A DNA stretch of 62,103 nucleotides, filler included, from Rhabdomonas costata (Eukaryota), in NCBI GenBank assembly GCA_019059605.1. It is 26 parts of 26 records of this genome, joined end to end, with 100 filler letters (N's around TTAATTAATTAA, not from the genome) between each part and the next. Parts side by side here need not be neighbours in the genome. Positions count along the whole stretch, not along the records: positions 50,238 to 52,527 come from JAHMHO010004248.1; positions 52,628 to 54,917 come from JAHMHO010004249.1; positions 55,018 to 57,324 come from JAHMHO010004250.1; positions 57,425 to 59,714 come from JAHMHO010004251.1; positions 59,815 to 62,103 come from JAHMHO010004252.1; 21 more parts are not named here. The stretch is one strand, 5' to 3'. The position numbers and the translations under genes were made by a program. The notes below the pieces were generated by a model that was not told the origin of the DNA, did no database searches, and worked only from the letters and a program-made list of their open reading frames with translations. Each line of letters starts with the position of its first letter. Position 1 is the first letter of the stretch. Shown in pieces: positions 51,489 to 62,103 of the stretch.

Positions 51489-52779
51489 CTGAGGTGGAAG
51501 CGAAAACTTTAAGCTAACATCGCACCACCTTATAATGGAACCGTTCACCGAGCATCGAAACTCCGAATCCCTGCACCTTTCAACACGCGAATCCCCTCGG
51601 AAAAGGTAGTATGTTATGCATTACGTGTATCCACTTATTGCACGAGATCCGCGAATCTTCAGTGTGTGTACGTGTGTGTGTGTGGGGGGGGGGGACGTGG
51701 AATCAAGCGACTCCTAAGGGGTGCGGTGAGATTTTCGGTGCGCCCCCGTCTTGTGAGGAAAACGACGACACGCGAACCAGGCCTTCCACTTTGATGCCGG
51801 GCGTGGAGAATGGAGCCGCCACGGGGGTGCCCGTGGCGGTGGAGAGGAGGTCCTGGCGAAGGGCAATTGCTAGCTGGTCTCCGGGACAATCCTTGAGCAC
51901 TCCGTCCAGCAGCACCAGCGCCTAAGAGAGAAGAAGGCGTCCAGAAAGGAAGCACCGGTTCGACAAAACTTTGCCTTGGAGTAAATACTGGGGAACTGTC
52001 CGGAGCTCAAGCGGGCCGCTGTCATACGTTCGTAAGGTACGATTGCCAGATGCTTTCGAGCACCCCGCCCCCACAAAACTTCTGCAGTGACCTAACTGTT
52101 TCCCGGTCCTGACACACTGCTCCTGTGAGGAACACCAGGGCAAACCAAACAGAAGACCAGACCTTCTCTGACATGCCCTGCAGGGCTAAGGAGAAAGCCT
52201 GCTCGTACTCCGAAGGCTCGCCCTCCTCCTCCTTCAAGGTGTACATCCACTCATCGTCCTGGGACTTGGCCTTGGTGCCGAGAAGCTGGTAAAGTACCGT
52301 CCTGCGGAATCGGGTTAAGACCAATACTCACATAAGAACAGGCAACTCCCTCCCTCCAGCAGGGCATTTACATTCTCTGCCATCCTGTAAATTGCTATGG
52401 TACTAGTGCACTTGGTGGCTTGGTGTCCTGCAACGCTCTCAGTTGAGGTGAGGTGGTACCCGGGGCCACCGAGCGGGTGCACAGGGATGGGGGGGGGTTC
52501 CGTTCCTTGTTTTCCTTCCCCCCACACNNNNNNNNNNNNNNNNNNNNNNNNNNNNNNNNNNNNNNNNNNNNTTAATTAATTAANNNNNNNNNNNNNNNNN
52601 NNNNNNNNNNNNNNNNNNNNNNNNNNNTGTGGTTGGTGGTTGCCAGTGGCACCAGTGGTGTTGCCTCTTCTGTAAGGTACCAGCTACTTCCGCAAGCCAC
52701 ACTGAGCTTCCTCCCGGCCGGATCCTGCAACGCGACTGTGTCTCAGCTGGGTCCTAAAGCCCTTGTGTTTGGGTAGTCA

Positions 52780-54917
52780 GTGGTGTTCACTGGATCTTCG
52801 GGTCCGAATGGGCCTCAGATTCAGGCAGGCATCATGGCGGCATTCTCGGCGCAGAACTCTCGTGGTGGGATCTATGGACACATGTTGCGCTTGGTAAGCC
52901 TAGATGACGGCTACGTCGTCAGTCCCGCAGTTGCCAACACAAAGGCGCTGATTTCTCGGGGAGTGTATGGGCTGATTGGGTATTACGGCACCTCCATTTC
53001 GAACAACGTGGCCCCATTGGCGCTGCAAGCGAAGATCCCATACATTGCGCCATATACCGGGACAACTTCAATCCGAGCGTCTGGGACCTATGTTGTGAAT
53101 CTGCGAGCGGCGTACCCGGACGAGGTTTTTGCGTTGGTTCGGTATGCCACTGCGACCCGAGGGCTCAGTCGGATATCAATCTTTTTCCAGAACGATGCCT
53201 TTGGGATGCAGGGCTACGACGCCTTGGTAAGGGCGCTTGCCGCGATCAACCTGAACATGCTCAGCAATGGCTCCTATGCGACCAACAGCGTTGTTGTGGT
53301 CCCGGGCCTCTCCGCCATAGTGAGCAATGCTCGGCCCTTCACACCAGAAGCGGTGGTTGTTTTTGCGGTGGGACCTCCCGCCACGGCGTTTATTCAGGCG
53401 GCTCAGGCCACACTTCCTGCTTCCACACTGTACCTGTGTCCTTCTGCTGTTGGAGAGGGTTTCATTAGCAACTTTCAGACAAACTACAGCAACATCATCA
53501 TCACTCAGGTCACCCCACTTGCCACCGACACATCTTACAAAGCTACGGTGGACTACCAAGCTGCGATGCTGAAGCAGAATCCAATGTTTCAGCCCTCCCT
53601 GGTGTCCTTTGAGAGCTACATGAATGCCCGTCTCGCAATCAGTGCACTCCTTGAGGTGGCCGAGAACGAGACGCTGGAGTCCACTGCTTTGTTGTTTGCT
53701 GTGTTTGCCACTGGCGAGTTCCTTTTAAGCAGGGTTCACATTGGGCCCTTTTCTTTTTCCTGCAACCAAGGAATGAGGCAGGTCTGGTACTCCTACATTG
53801 ACAATGGGAAGTATGCTGCCCTTCCCAATGAAACTTTCACCTTCACCAGTTCCCCTTGCATGAGCGATGTGGGGGTTTTCAGCACAAGCTTCCTGATCTT
53901 TGGGCAATCTATTCCGCTGACGGGGCCGTCAGGTGGAATCGGGCAGGCTATTCAGAGCGGGGTGCTGGCTGCCTTCACGGAGCAGAACAGCCTCGGAGGA
54001 GTCTCGGGGCATCGCCTGCAACTTTGGTCGCTGGACGACGCAGGCGATGTGAGCCGAACGGTTGCGAACACACTTCAGCTGGTGCAGCGGCAGCCGCTTG
54101 GACTGATCGGCTACGTCGGCTCGGAGGCGACGAATGCGGCGGTGAGCACTGGGTCTGCAGCTGGAGTTCCCATGCTTGGTGCAATCTCTGGGAATGGAAG
54201 CGGGAGCATCCTTCCCAATGAAACTTTCACCTTCACCAGTTCCCCTTGCATGAGCGATGTGGGGGTTTTCAGCACAAGCTTCCTGATCTTTGGGCAATCT
54301 ATTCCGCTGACGGGGCCGTCAGGTGGAATCGGGCAGGCCATTCAGAGCGGGGTGCTGGCTGCCTTCACGGAGCAGAACAGCCTCGGAGGAGTCTCGGGGC
54401 ATCGCCTGCAACTTTGGTCGCTGGACGACGCAGGCGATGTGAGCCGAACGGTTGCGAACACACTTCAGCTGGTGCAGCGGCAGCCGCTTGGACTGATCGG
54501 CTACGTCGGCTCGGAGGCGACGAATGCGGCGGTGAGCACTGGGTCTGCAGCTGGAGTTCCCATGCTTGGTGCAATCTCTGGGAATGGAAGCGGGAGCATC
54601 CTTTCCAACCCTTACGTGGTCAACCTTCGAGCCCGATATTCGGATGAGATGAATGCCTTGCTGAACTACGCGACATCGACCCTGGGGTTGACCAGGATCA
54701 GTGTCTTCTACAGTGGAGATGTCTTTGGTTTCGAGGGGATAGCCTTGGCCAGCGCTGCCCTGAATGCCATCAATTTGCGCCCTCTGAGCAATGGGAGCTG
54801 CAGCGGCAGCTGTGTTGAGGTTGTTGGTGGACTGTCTGCGATAGCGAACAACGCCCGGGCGGTGCTCCCCCAAGCGGTGGTTGTGTGGGCTTCCTCTGCA
54901 GAGGAAGCCCACCTCAA
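52780..54917 (+). CDS. Intronless receptor ectodomain with tandem type-I periplasmic-binding-protein (Leu-binding-like) domains, resembling euglenozoan receptor adenylate cyclases; possibly pseudogenised
   Basis: 713 open codons with repeated FGQS..LTGP...G..IQ.G+.AAF..QN..GG+.GH.L.L.SLDD.....V.NT..L....GLIGY.G...VVNLRA.Y.DE units, many N-x-S/T sequons and a signal-like upstream segment. In-frame TAG at 52774. Confidence 0.8.
53821..54600 (+). repeat. Near-perfect in-frame 390-bp tandem duplication
   Basis: 53821-54210 and 54211-54600 are identical except for one synonymous change that I could see (GCT/GCC). Confidence 0.95.
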
Positions 54918-56899
54918 NNNNNNNNNNNNNNNNNNNNNNNNNNNNNNNNNNNNNNNNNNNNTTAATTAATTAANNNNNNNNNNNNNNNNNNNNNNNNNNN
55001 NNNNNNNNNNNNNNNNNAGGAATACCCTGGGGTTCGTGAGCGAGTGGAGGCAGCTTATGCTGGGGGAACGAGTGAACCACTGCACTTCTGGGAGGAAGGA
55101 TGCGAAGGTAGCGAGCATCCTGACGACCAGCTATCTACTCCACTCTGTCGGCATGCCCCTCGGTCCCTCGGGTCAGCCTCTCCTCTTCTTCTTTCTTCAC
55201 TCCTTAGGGCCCCCACGAAACGCAGTGAGTGGGGATTGGAGGCATGAACGTAGTGAATGCCGACAGGATACAGGAACGAGGGAGCGCAGCGACCGAGTGA
55301 CAAGCAACATCTTCTGTATCTGTGAGGGAGCGTAGCCGCACCGCGGTGGAGCGACCGAACCACTGCATTTAGGAGGAGATGCTGACCGTAGGGAGGCATC
55401 GACGACATCAACATCTTTTACCCCTAGAGGCTCATCGTCGCTCCCCACCATTTAAGGTGGTTCGCTCCTCTTCACTCCCTCAACCCCAACAGCCTATACG
55501 TGTCACTTCCCTCGCTCCCCGACTCACATCGGTACGCTCGGTCCGTCCTTGGCGTAGCCGTAGAGGAATACACCCCTTAGGTTTAGGCTTACGTTGAGGC
55601 ATTGGGTGTGGTTGGGGTGGCATCCTTCCATCTCTCCATCCCTCTCACCTCTACATCGGGGGATTGCTGACATCCATCCTTACGGGTAGGAACATCAACC
55701 ATCATCCCTTCTGTAGCGATGGTGGGGTGGTGGAAGGCATCAGCGTAGGGATAGGGTTAGCGTCACTTCTACCATCAAGGCATACACCCTGAGGCTTCAG
55801 CGTTACCTTAGCGTATCCCTAACGCTTTACCAACCACTGTACCCGGAGCAGGTGGAAGGTATGGGTGTTCCAACCGCATACCAGCTACGTACCAACAGCA
55901 TCAACGTGTTACCATGGTCGCTCCACCACCATAAGGTGCCTTCGCTCCCAACGCCACAACGTCAGCATGTCGTCGTTCCACCACCCTAAGGTGCTTCCAC
56001 TCCTCCCCAACAACATCACCCTAACATGTCGGGCTCGGCGCCCTCCACTTCGGATGTTTGCCTTGGGTGGGTTTGGCAGCTCTGGGTACGGTCAGCACCA
56101 GTGGGAGTCACGCACTCTTTCTAAGGGTAACGCTAAGGCTAACCCTGTAGAGGTGTGTGGCATGCTCGTATTCCACCGGTACATCATCGTGGTGGTCCTT
56201 CTACGCGTATGTCTTACCTCCTACGCTACTACAGTAAGGGTGTGTGTTCCCTGTGTGTAGGTAGGGTGCATAGCTGACCGTAGCGTTACTGTCACCACGA
56301 TGTCACCTAACACATAGCCGTATCCTTCACCACGTACTATGCGGGCACCCAACCACTGGAGGCTGTCAGTCATTGCCACTACGCGTGGTTAACCGGGACA
56401 GCTCACCTCCATCAGGATCCACCGCTAGCGTGTGAGGTTGAGTAGTGTGTGCTACCGGTCCCTCACTGCCTTGGCGTCACCGTCTGTGGGTTTATGCCAT
56501 AGCCTAGCATCCATCACTAGGTCTTTCATCTGACGCCCAACTACGCCAGGTATCTCACTGTGACTCCCCACGCATAGGGTCCACGCAACACGTATTTCCA
56601 GGCGAACCTGATGACAACGTAGATCGTGCGCCTCAGCTCAACTTCACCATATGCGTCCATTGGTTACTGGCCTCGTGAGCAACGTCCTTGTTGTATTCGT
56701 GTGTGAGTAAAGTGCAACGTCCCTTGATCGCAGCCAGGCGCACCTGCTGTCATCAATGTCACGCTTGTCTGCTACACCTCCACTTAGTGCTTGATCGTAC
56801 ACAAGTGCGCTCCGGTCGTAACCGTCACTGGGTGTTAATTCATCTGGGAAATCCCGAGGGAAGTCCTTGAAACCGAATGCAGAGAACTCCGAAGAGTGA

Positions 56900-57072
56900 G
56901 ACCGAAACCCAAACCCAAACCCCAACCCCAAACTCCGAACCCCTGAAATCCTCGACTCGGGAACACTAACACTAACCCCAATACCTAACCCCTAACCCAG
57001 AACCCGAAAACCTAACCCCAGAACCCAAACCCAGAAGACAAAAACCGGATGCCAGAAACCACGAAACCAAAA
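56900..57072 (+). repeat. Degenerate telomere-like C/A-rich repeat tract
   Basis: Irregular AAACCC, CTAACCC, CCTAAC and GAACCC units. Confidence 0.6.
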
Positions 57073-57960
57073 ACCGCCCGGGGGTGCAGGTAGAGGTGGA
57101 CCTAAAAAGATGTATCCTCCCGGCGCCAGACATAAATACCAAAACGAAAATGCAAGACACCTAAAATCAAGAAAAGGGGCGCCGGGATGCATGTGGAGAT
57201 GGGGTAAGGGTGCACCCCCGGGTAAGGAAATCTAGGTCCCCCTAAAGGTCGATGGAGGGGTGGACGTGAGGTGGGATGGGGGGTGCAGGTCACCTGGGCT
57301 AAAGGACCTCCATACCCCCCTACCNNNNNNNNNNNNNNNNNNNNNNNNNNNNNNNNNNNNNNNNNNNNTTAATTAATTAANNNNNNNNNNNNNNNNNNNN
57401 NNNNNNNNNNNNNNNNNNNNNNNNGTGTTGTTTGATTGTACACAAATTCTCCGTGGAGGTCAATCCCGTTGGAGCTGATGAAGAGTTTTTTGTTAGTTAC
57501 GCTAAATTGGACGGACGCACCTTTGTTTCCTCCTCCTATCGGAGGATATTAAAGGTCTGATGTGGTTAAGAAGGTGGAGCTGAGCCCACCGCCAAGGTGG
57601 CCGACAATGTTTTCGTACGTTGTTGGTAAAGAAGTTGAGAGGGTGGTGTAATGTGGTGGTGTAAATGAAGCTTGGAGAAGTTTGGTCGATTGAGCCGTAA
57701 AGATCGCAAGCTTCAATACATCAATCGCCAATTCCAGAGGGCTCCATAACTGGACCCAGTTCACAATAAAAAGAAAAGAAAAAGAAAAAAACAAAAAAAA
57801 AGAGAGAGAAAACAAAAAAATCAAAAGACTAAAACAAAGCTGTGAACCAACTCTTTAAGCACTCTTTAAGCAGATCTGGGAACTGTTATCCTCCCAGATA
57901 AGAGAGATTAGAGAGTGGAGAGTGGGTACGATGCAGAGAAAGAGAGGGAGAGGGGAATAC

Positions 57961-59148
57961 CTCCCCGGCCTGGCTGTGGGGATTCTTGTCCGGGTGCAGC
58001 AGCAGGGCAAGCTCCCGGAACACCCTCCCGATCTCCGCGCGAGACGCCGTCTTGGGCACCCCCAGCAGGCGGTGCGGGTCGGTCTCCAGGAGAGCGTACC
58101 CCACCAGGTGGCCCTGCAGAGCCGGCAGAGGCACCGCGGCAGGGTCCACTCTGTCCCACACAGAACCAACCAAGATCAAACACCCATTCACCAGAAGCGA
58201 AGCACCCTCTGCTTGCTCGGATTTCCCAACTCAGCACAGCTCCCACGCGGCACAGCTTCGCTGAAGTTGCCCTGGGCGCAGGCAAGGACGAGCTCACCAC
58301 CATGTCTAGGGTATCCTGGCAACCCCTAAGAAGCCTCGCGGGGGAGTTCGGTGGGATTTTCGAGGGATGTGTAAACATTGTGGGTGTTTTTTTTTAACTC
58401 TGATTACCCCCTTTTCTTCTCGCCCACTTGAAATTTCCTTCCCCATTTCTCATCACCATACGCCACCATAGTGCACTTCACCTCCGCGCCTCGTATCAGT
58501 CAGCGCGCGATGTGCTCAACACACATACATGCCCACACAAACATTTATGCACACAATTCTGCTTTTCTCCCCTCTCCTCTCCCGACGCATTTGTGCAGCA
58601 GCGCTCTGTGCATCTGTTTCTCTGTGTGAGCATCCCTTGGAAGGGAATGACTAAGAAGCCTTCTGAGTAAGGTAGATAACTCCGCAAACTCAGAATCCAT
58701 GCTTTTCAGCTCTGGCCACGCCAAAGCAAATGTAAAAGCCTAGGCACGTGGGGAAGCCCATCGGCATTTTGGAGCATTCCCCAGGACTTCCCAACGTCTT
58801 CCCCAGCGGAAATGCATTCCATCCATCAAAAAGCGCTGAAAAATTGGGGCGCACAGGAGACTTTACTTTTTTGCAGAATAGAAACAACGCCATCAGAATC
58901 AGATGCTCCTAGCGCTCATTGGGAGCCACTTTCGGGAAGCAGGCCATAAAAGTCAAGACTCAGGTAAATTGTTTCTCCATACCGGTGTCGCACCACTTCC
59001 ACCAGGTGAGCCAGGGCCCGGTTGCCCGGGTCGATCCTAGCCTTCTGCTGCAGAAAGGACAGCGCCCCACGGTAGTCCCGACGTTCCAGGCATCGGTACC
59101 CAAGGTCTTCCATTTCTTTTTCGAGACACAATGGCGGACAATGGCGAT
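57961..59148 (-). CDS. TPR-like plus DnaJ (J-domain) protein, several exons, incomplete
   Basis: DPHRLLGVPKTASRAEIGRVFRELALLLHPDKN is a J-domain with the HPD motif. The upstream exon LGYRCLERRDYRGALSFLQQKARIDPGN is TPR-like. Confidence 0.8.
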
Positions 59149-61228
59149 CTTGGGGAAGGAACACCCAAAGCGGTATGGAAGGTGGGTGGGCGGGAGTCAC
59201 CGCATTATGAGGGAGAGAGGACACTGTCCTCGGAGGAGGAGCGAAGGCAGAGTCGGCGGTGAAGGAAAAACCGGCCCTGCCGAGATGGAAACAAAAGCAC
59301 ACTCCACAGAGAAAAAAAGGAAGCAAAGGCTAGAAAGGGCTGCACGGAACGTCAGTAGAATGCTTTCCCACGCAAACCAAACATCGGAGTCCTAAACTAA
59401 CAGGGTGGTCTGCTCGGTCTCGCTCCTTTAGGCAGAGATTGCGCACTGTCTGTCGGATGACTTTTTGTTTTCTGCTGTTCCCAAACCATCGTCAACAAGG
59501 AAGTCATTCGTGGGGGTATACACTGTCTTCGGCTCTCACCTCTGGGCTCTCGATGGAAGAGGATGGGGAGGGCGTGGCAGAGACTGAGCGAAGGGCGATA
59601 TTTTTCACGAAAAGCCAGTGACGCCGGGCAAAACGTCGACGCGCTTGCGCACACTCCTCCCGGTGCTTCGGGCGCTCCTCCCTTCCTGCTTCTCAAGGTA
59701 CGGCACACCTCAGCNNNNNNNNNNNNNNNNNNNNNNNNNNNNNNNNNNNNNNNNNNNNTTAATTAATTAANNNNNNNNNNNNNNNNNNNNNNNNNNNNNN
59801 NNNNNNNNNNNNNNTGTGTTGGGTGTGGGTGGTTTGTGTTGTAGCCCGTGAATTCATGACGTGCTTGTTGTTGCTGTGCTATTGCGGGGGTCCTCTCGGG
59901 GCGGCTCCGCCAGCTATGATCACCGAAAATTTTTTTCGGTCGGTTTTCTTTCTTCGTGATGCCGTGCTGTTGTGCTCTTTATGTAAATAGCAATAGTCTG
60001 TTCTTGTATAAGAGTGGAGGGAGCTGCCGAAGTGTTTGACTGGGCTCCAGTCCACCTCTCGTCCATTGTTCGCGCTGCCTTGCAAGCTGCGGGATACTTT
60101 TTGGCGGACTGTTGGACAGTTTCTTGGCTCAATGCTTCTTGCTCTGGAGCAGAGGAGGTCCACCCAACGATCCATGTAGTGCGGTAATTATGATGTGAAT
60201 CTCGTTTCCTGCTGTGAGACGAATAGTCTGTTTGTAGTGTGATATGCGAACTACGTATATGAACTTCGGAGGATGTTTTGATAGTGGTAGGAATGGATCA
60301 CCAATCAATATTCACTAAAAAATATCCCAGCGGGCGCCGAAACTTGGGGGGGGGGTTACTTCCGCCCTCCTTCCAACAGTTCACTCACGCAACTCCACAT
60401 CATGACCTCATCGCTATATATATCGCCCGCCTGACCATGTGTTGGGCTCATCACACAACAGGCCAAGGTCCACCGTGTGCTTCACGGGTCTCAGGCGTAC
60501 ATGCACGCGCAAAAAGTCACCCTGTCAGAATGCCAACGGAATCATGTTTGTGCCGTGTTCCCAGCAGGATGTGAGACTGGGGCAACTGGTACTCGAAGAA
60601 TATGGCGCAACCTCTGTGCTTCAATGGTTCATCTTTTTGGGCCAAGCTTCACCGGCGACTGGGAGTTATGCACCCCTACTCAAATCCCATCTGAGACCAT
60701 CGGCAGAAATATAAGGCGAAAATACGGATCGTCACAGACTAATCTCTATTTGATGCTCACCTCAGTACGGCTCATATACATTTGAGGAACGTCGTGCCTT
60801 TGTAATGATCTCCAATGGTGGCACAATAGTAGCCTTTCGTGCACAACTGCAAGGAACAGGAGGTGTCGCCAATTCCGAGCACTTTGAGAGCTGTCCCCTT
60901 CAGGGATCTACATCAGCTCAATCACGGAAACCGGCAATCCTTAATGCCAGTATGTGCTGCACGATACGAAAGAACACGTTTTCCCCAAACGGTAAGAAGT
61001 CAAGCAACGTGTCCATATTCCAACGACCCTCACCTCGCCACTGCGCTCCCCCCTCCCTCTCCTCATGCCCGCATGTCTCCCTGTTAATTCCTCGACCTCG
61101 ACCGTTCTTCTGGTGTTGACTTTTTCGTCTCAGGAGCTCCCTTGTCCTTAGCCTGTTTTGTTTCGGGTTCCCAGCCGACTCTTCCCCGCACCGCGACGTT
61201 CTGTATCTCTCCCCCATCACAACAAAAT

Positions 61229-61588
61229 ATGGTGGGCCACTCTTTGCCTCGCTGGGTCAAGCTCTCCGCCCAGCTTCTTCTGCTGGGGTGCGTGGTGTGC
61301 TACATGCGCTACGATCCGGCCACGGGCGGCGAGATCCCGTCTTCCTCCGTGCTTCTTTCGGAGAAGGAGTTTACCGAGGTCCTGGGCGGCCGCAAGGGCT
61401 CCGCCAAGGCCGGCTCGTGGGAGTCCCTCGTCAGCAAGCGCCGCACCGCCGAAGCACAGCAGGTCATCCCATGGGCCAACATCTACAGCTACATCGTCAA
61501 CAACACCATCAAAGTGTGCGGGCCGTACCTGGCGCCGGCCAACCCGCTAGTGGTGGGCAACGTCACCACAACTGGGACGATGCCCCAG
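61229..61588 (+). CDS. First exon of a hypothetical type II membrane protein
   Basis: ATG preceded by pyrimidine tracts ending in AG, TM segment QLLLLGCVVCY, high GC3, and a CAG|GT donor at the end. Confidence 0.6.
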
Positions 61589-62103
61589 GTCGTGTTGCTG
61601 TTCTGTGGGGAGTTTGTACCCTTATACCCAGAGCCGAAGCACTATATCTCTGGTTTCCATGGTTGTGCTTGGTGTAAGTCATCTTGGATGCCTTTGCGGG
61701 TTGTTGCCTTTTCGAAAAAAAAAATGCCTAAATAGGGAGACTTGATCCGTTAAAAAAGGTATAGAAACCTGAAAAGAAATAGAATACAAACATTTTGCAA
61801 ATGCGAGGCTCGCAGGGATTCAAAAAGTTCCCCGAAGGTCATCATTGAATTATTGCTGTCCGCAGCGCCTGAGATTAGGCGCAAGTCCCAGTGCTGTGTG
61901 CGCACCAACGCTGTTTACGGATCCCAGTGCGTGTGCACGTTATTGAGAGCCTACATTTCGCCCGCGGCGGCCCCCCAGCTCCGCCAGTGATCTGGTGGTT
62001 GGGAGCCCCGCCAGAGGTTTTTTCCAGAATTTTGAAATGATGTGTCCTGGTACCCTCGAGAGTGTGGTTTTGTAGAGCGTAGACCTGCTTCGAGAAAACC
62101 ACC

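Noticed and set aside
55760-55990. STIKAYTLRLQRY as a tyrosine-recombinase N-terminus
   Set aside because: No correctly spaced R...HxxR...Y catalytic motifs could be found downstream.
56605-56640. CTGATGA as a hammerhead ribozyme core
   Set aside because: No downstream GAAA or compatible stems.
57170-57225. Kinetoplast minicircle CSB-like motifs (AGGGGCG..., GGGGTAAGGGTGCA)
   Set aside because: No exact GGGGTTGGTGTA and the spacing is not convincing. Related sequence abuts a nuclear gene in contig 16.
2294-59814. Regularly spaced TTAATTAATTAA as a biological repeat or CRISPR-like array
   Set aside because: Always embedded in 44-N pads. It is a concatenation linker, so gene neighbourhood across it has no meaning.

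Overview
This window is not one locus. It is 26 unrelated contigs of about 2.29 kb, joined by artificial 100-nt linkers (44 N + TTAATTAATTAA + 44 N). Most contigs start with G/T-only and end with A/C-only tails, which points to degenerate-primer whole-genome amplification, possibly of a single cell. The DNA is eukaryotic nuclear sequence with short exons and spliceosomal introns, mostly GT-AG with one well-supported GC donor and several candidates. Recognisable gene fragments: RPL35, an IP3-receptor-like channel, a sacsin/NO VEIN-like protein, MFSD13A/TMEM180, a sulfatase, a PH-AGC kinase, F-box/SPRY, a Methyltransf_24 enzyme, PH, FHA, PITH and TPR/DnaJ proteins, an MDR oxidoreductase, a TesB-type thioesterase, NSUN5 and a receptor with tandem periplasmic-binding-protein domains. 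Mobile DNA includes a Merlin/IS1595-type transposase and a decayed CRE/SLACS-like reverse transcriptase. The best finding is an apparently non-conventional intron in MFSD13A: no AG acceptor at the homology-predicted junction, Y|R at both ends and about 30 nt of complementary termini, as in euglenids. An unclassified repeat family is also shared by three contigs. All protein calls come from motif recognition by eye; no searches were run.
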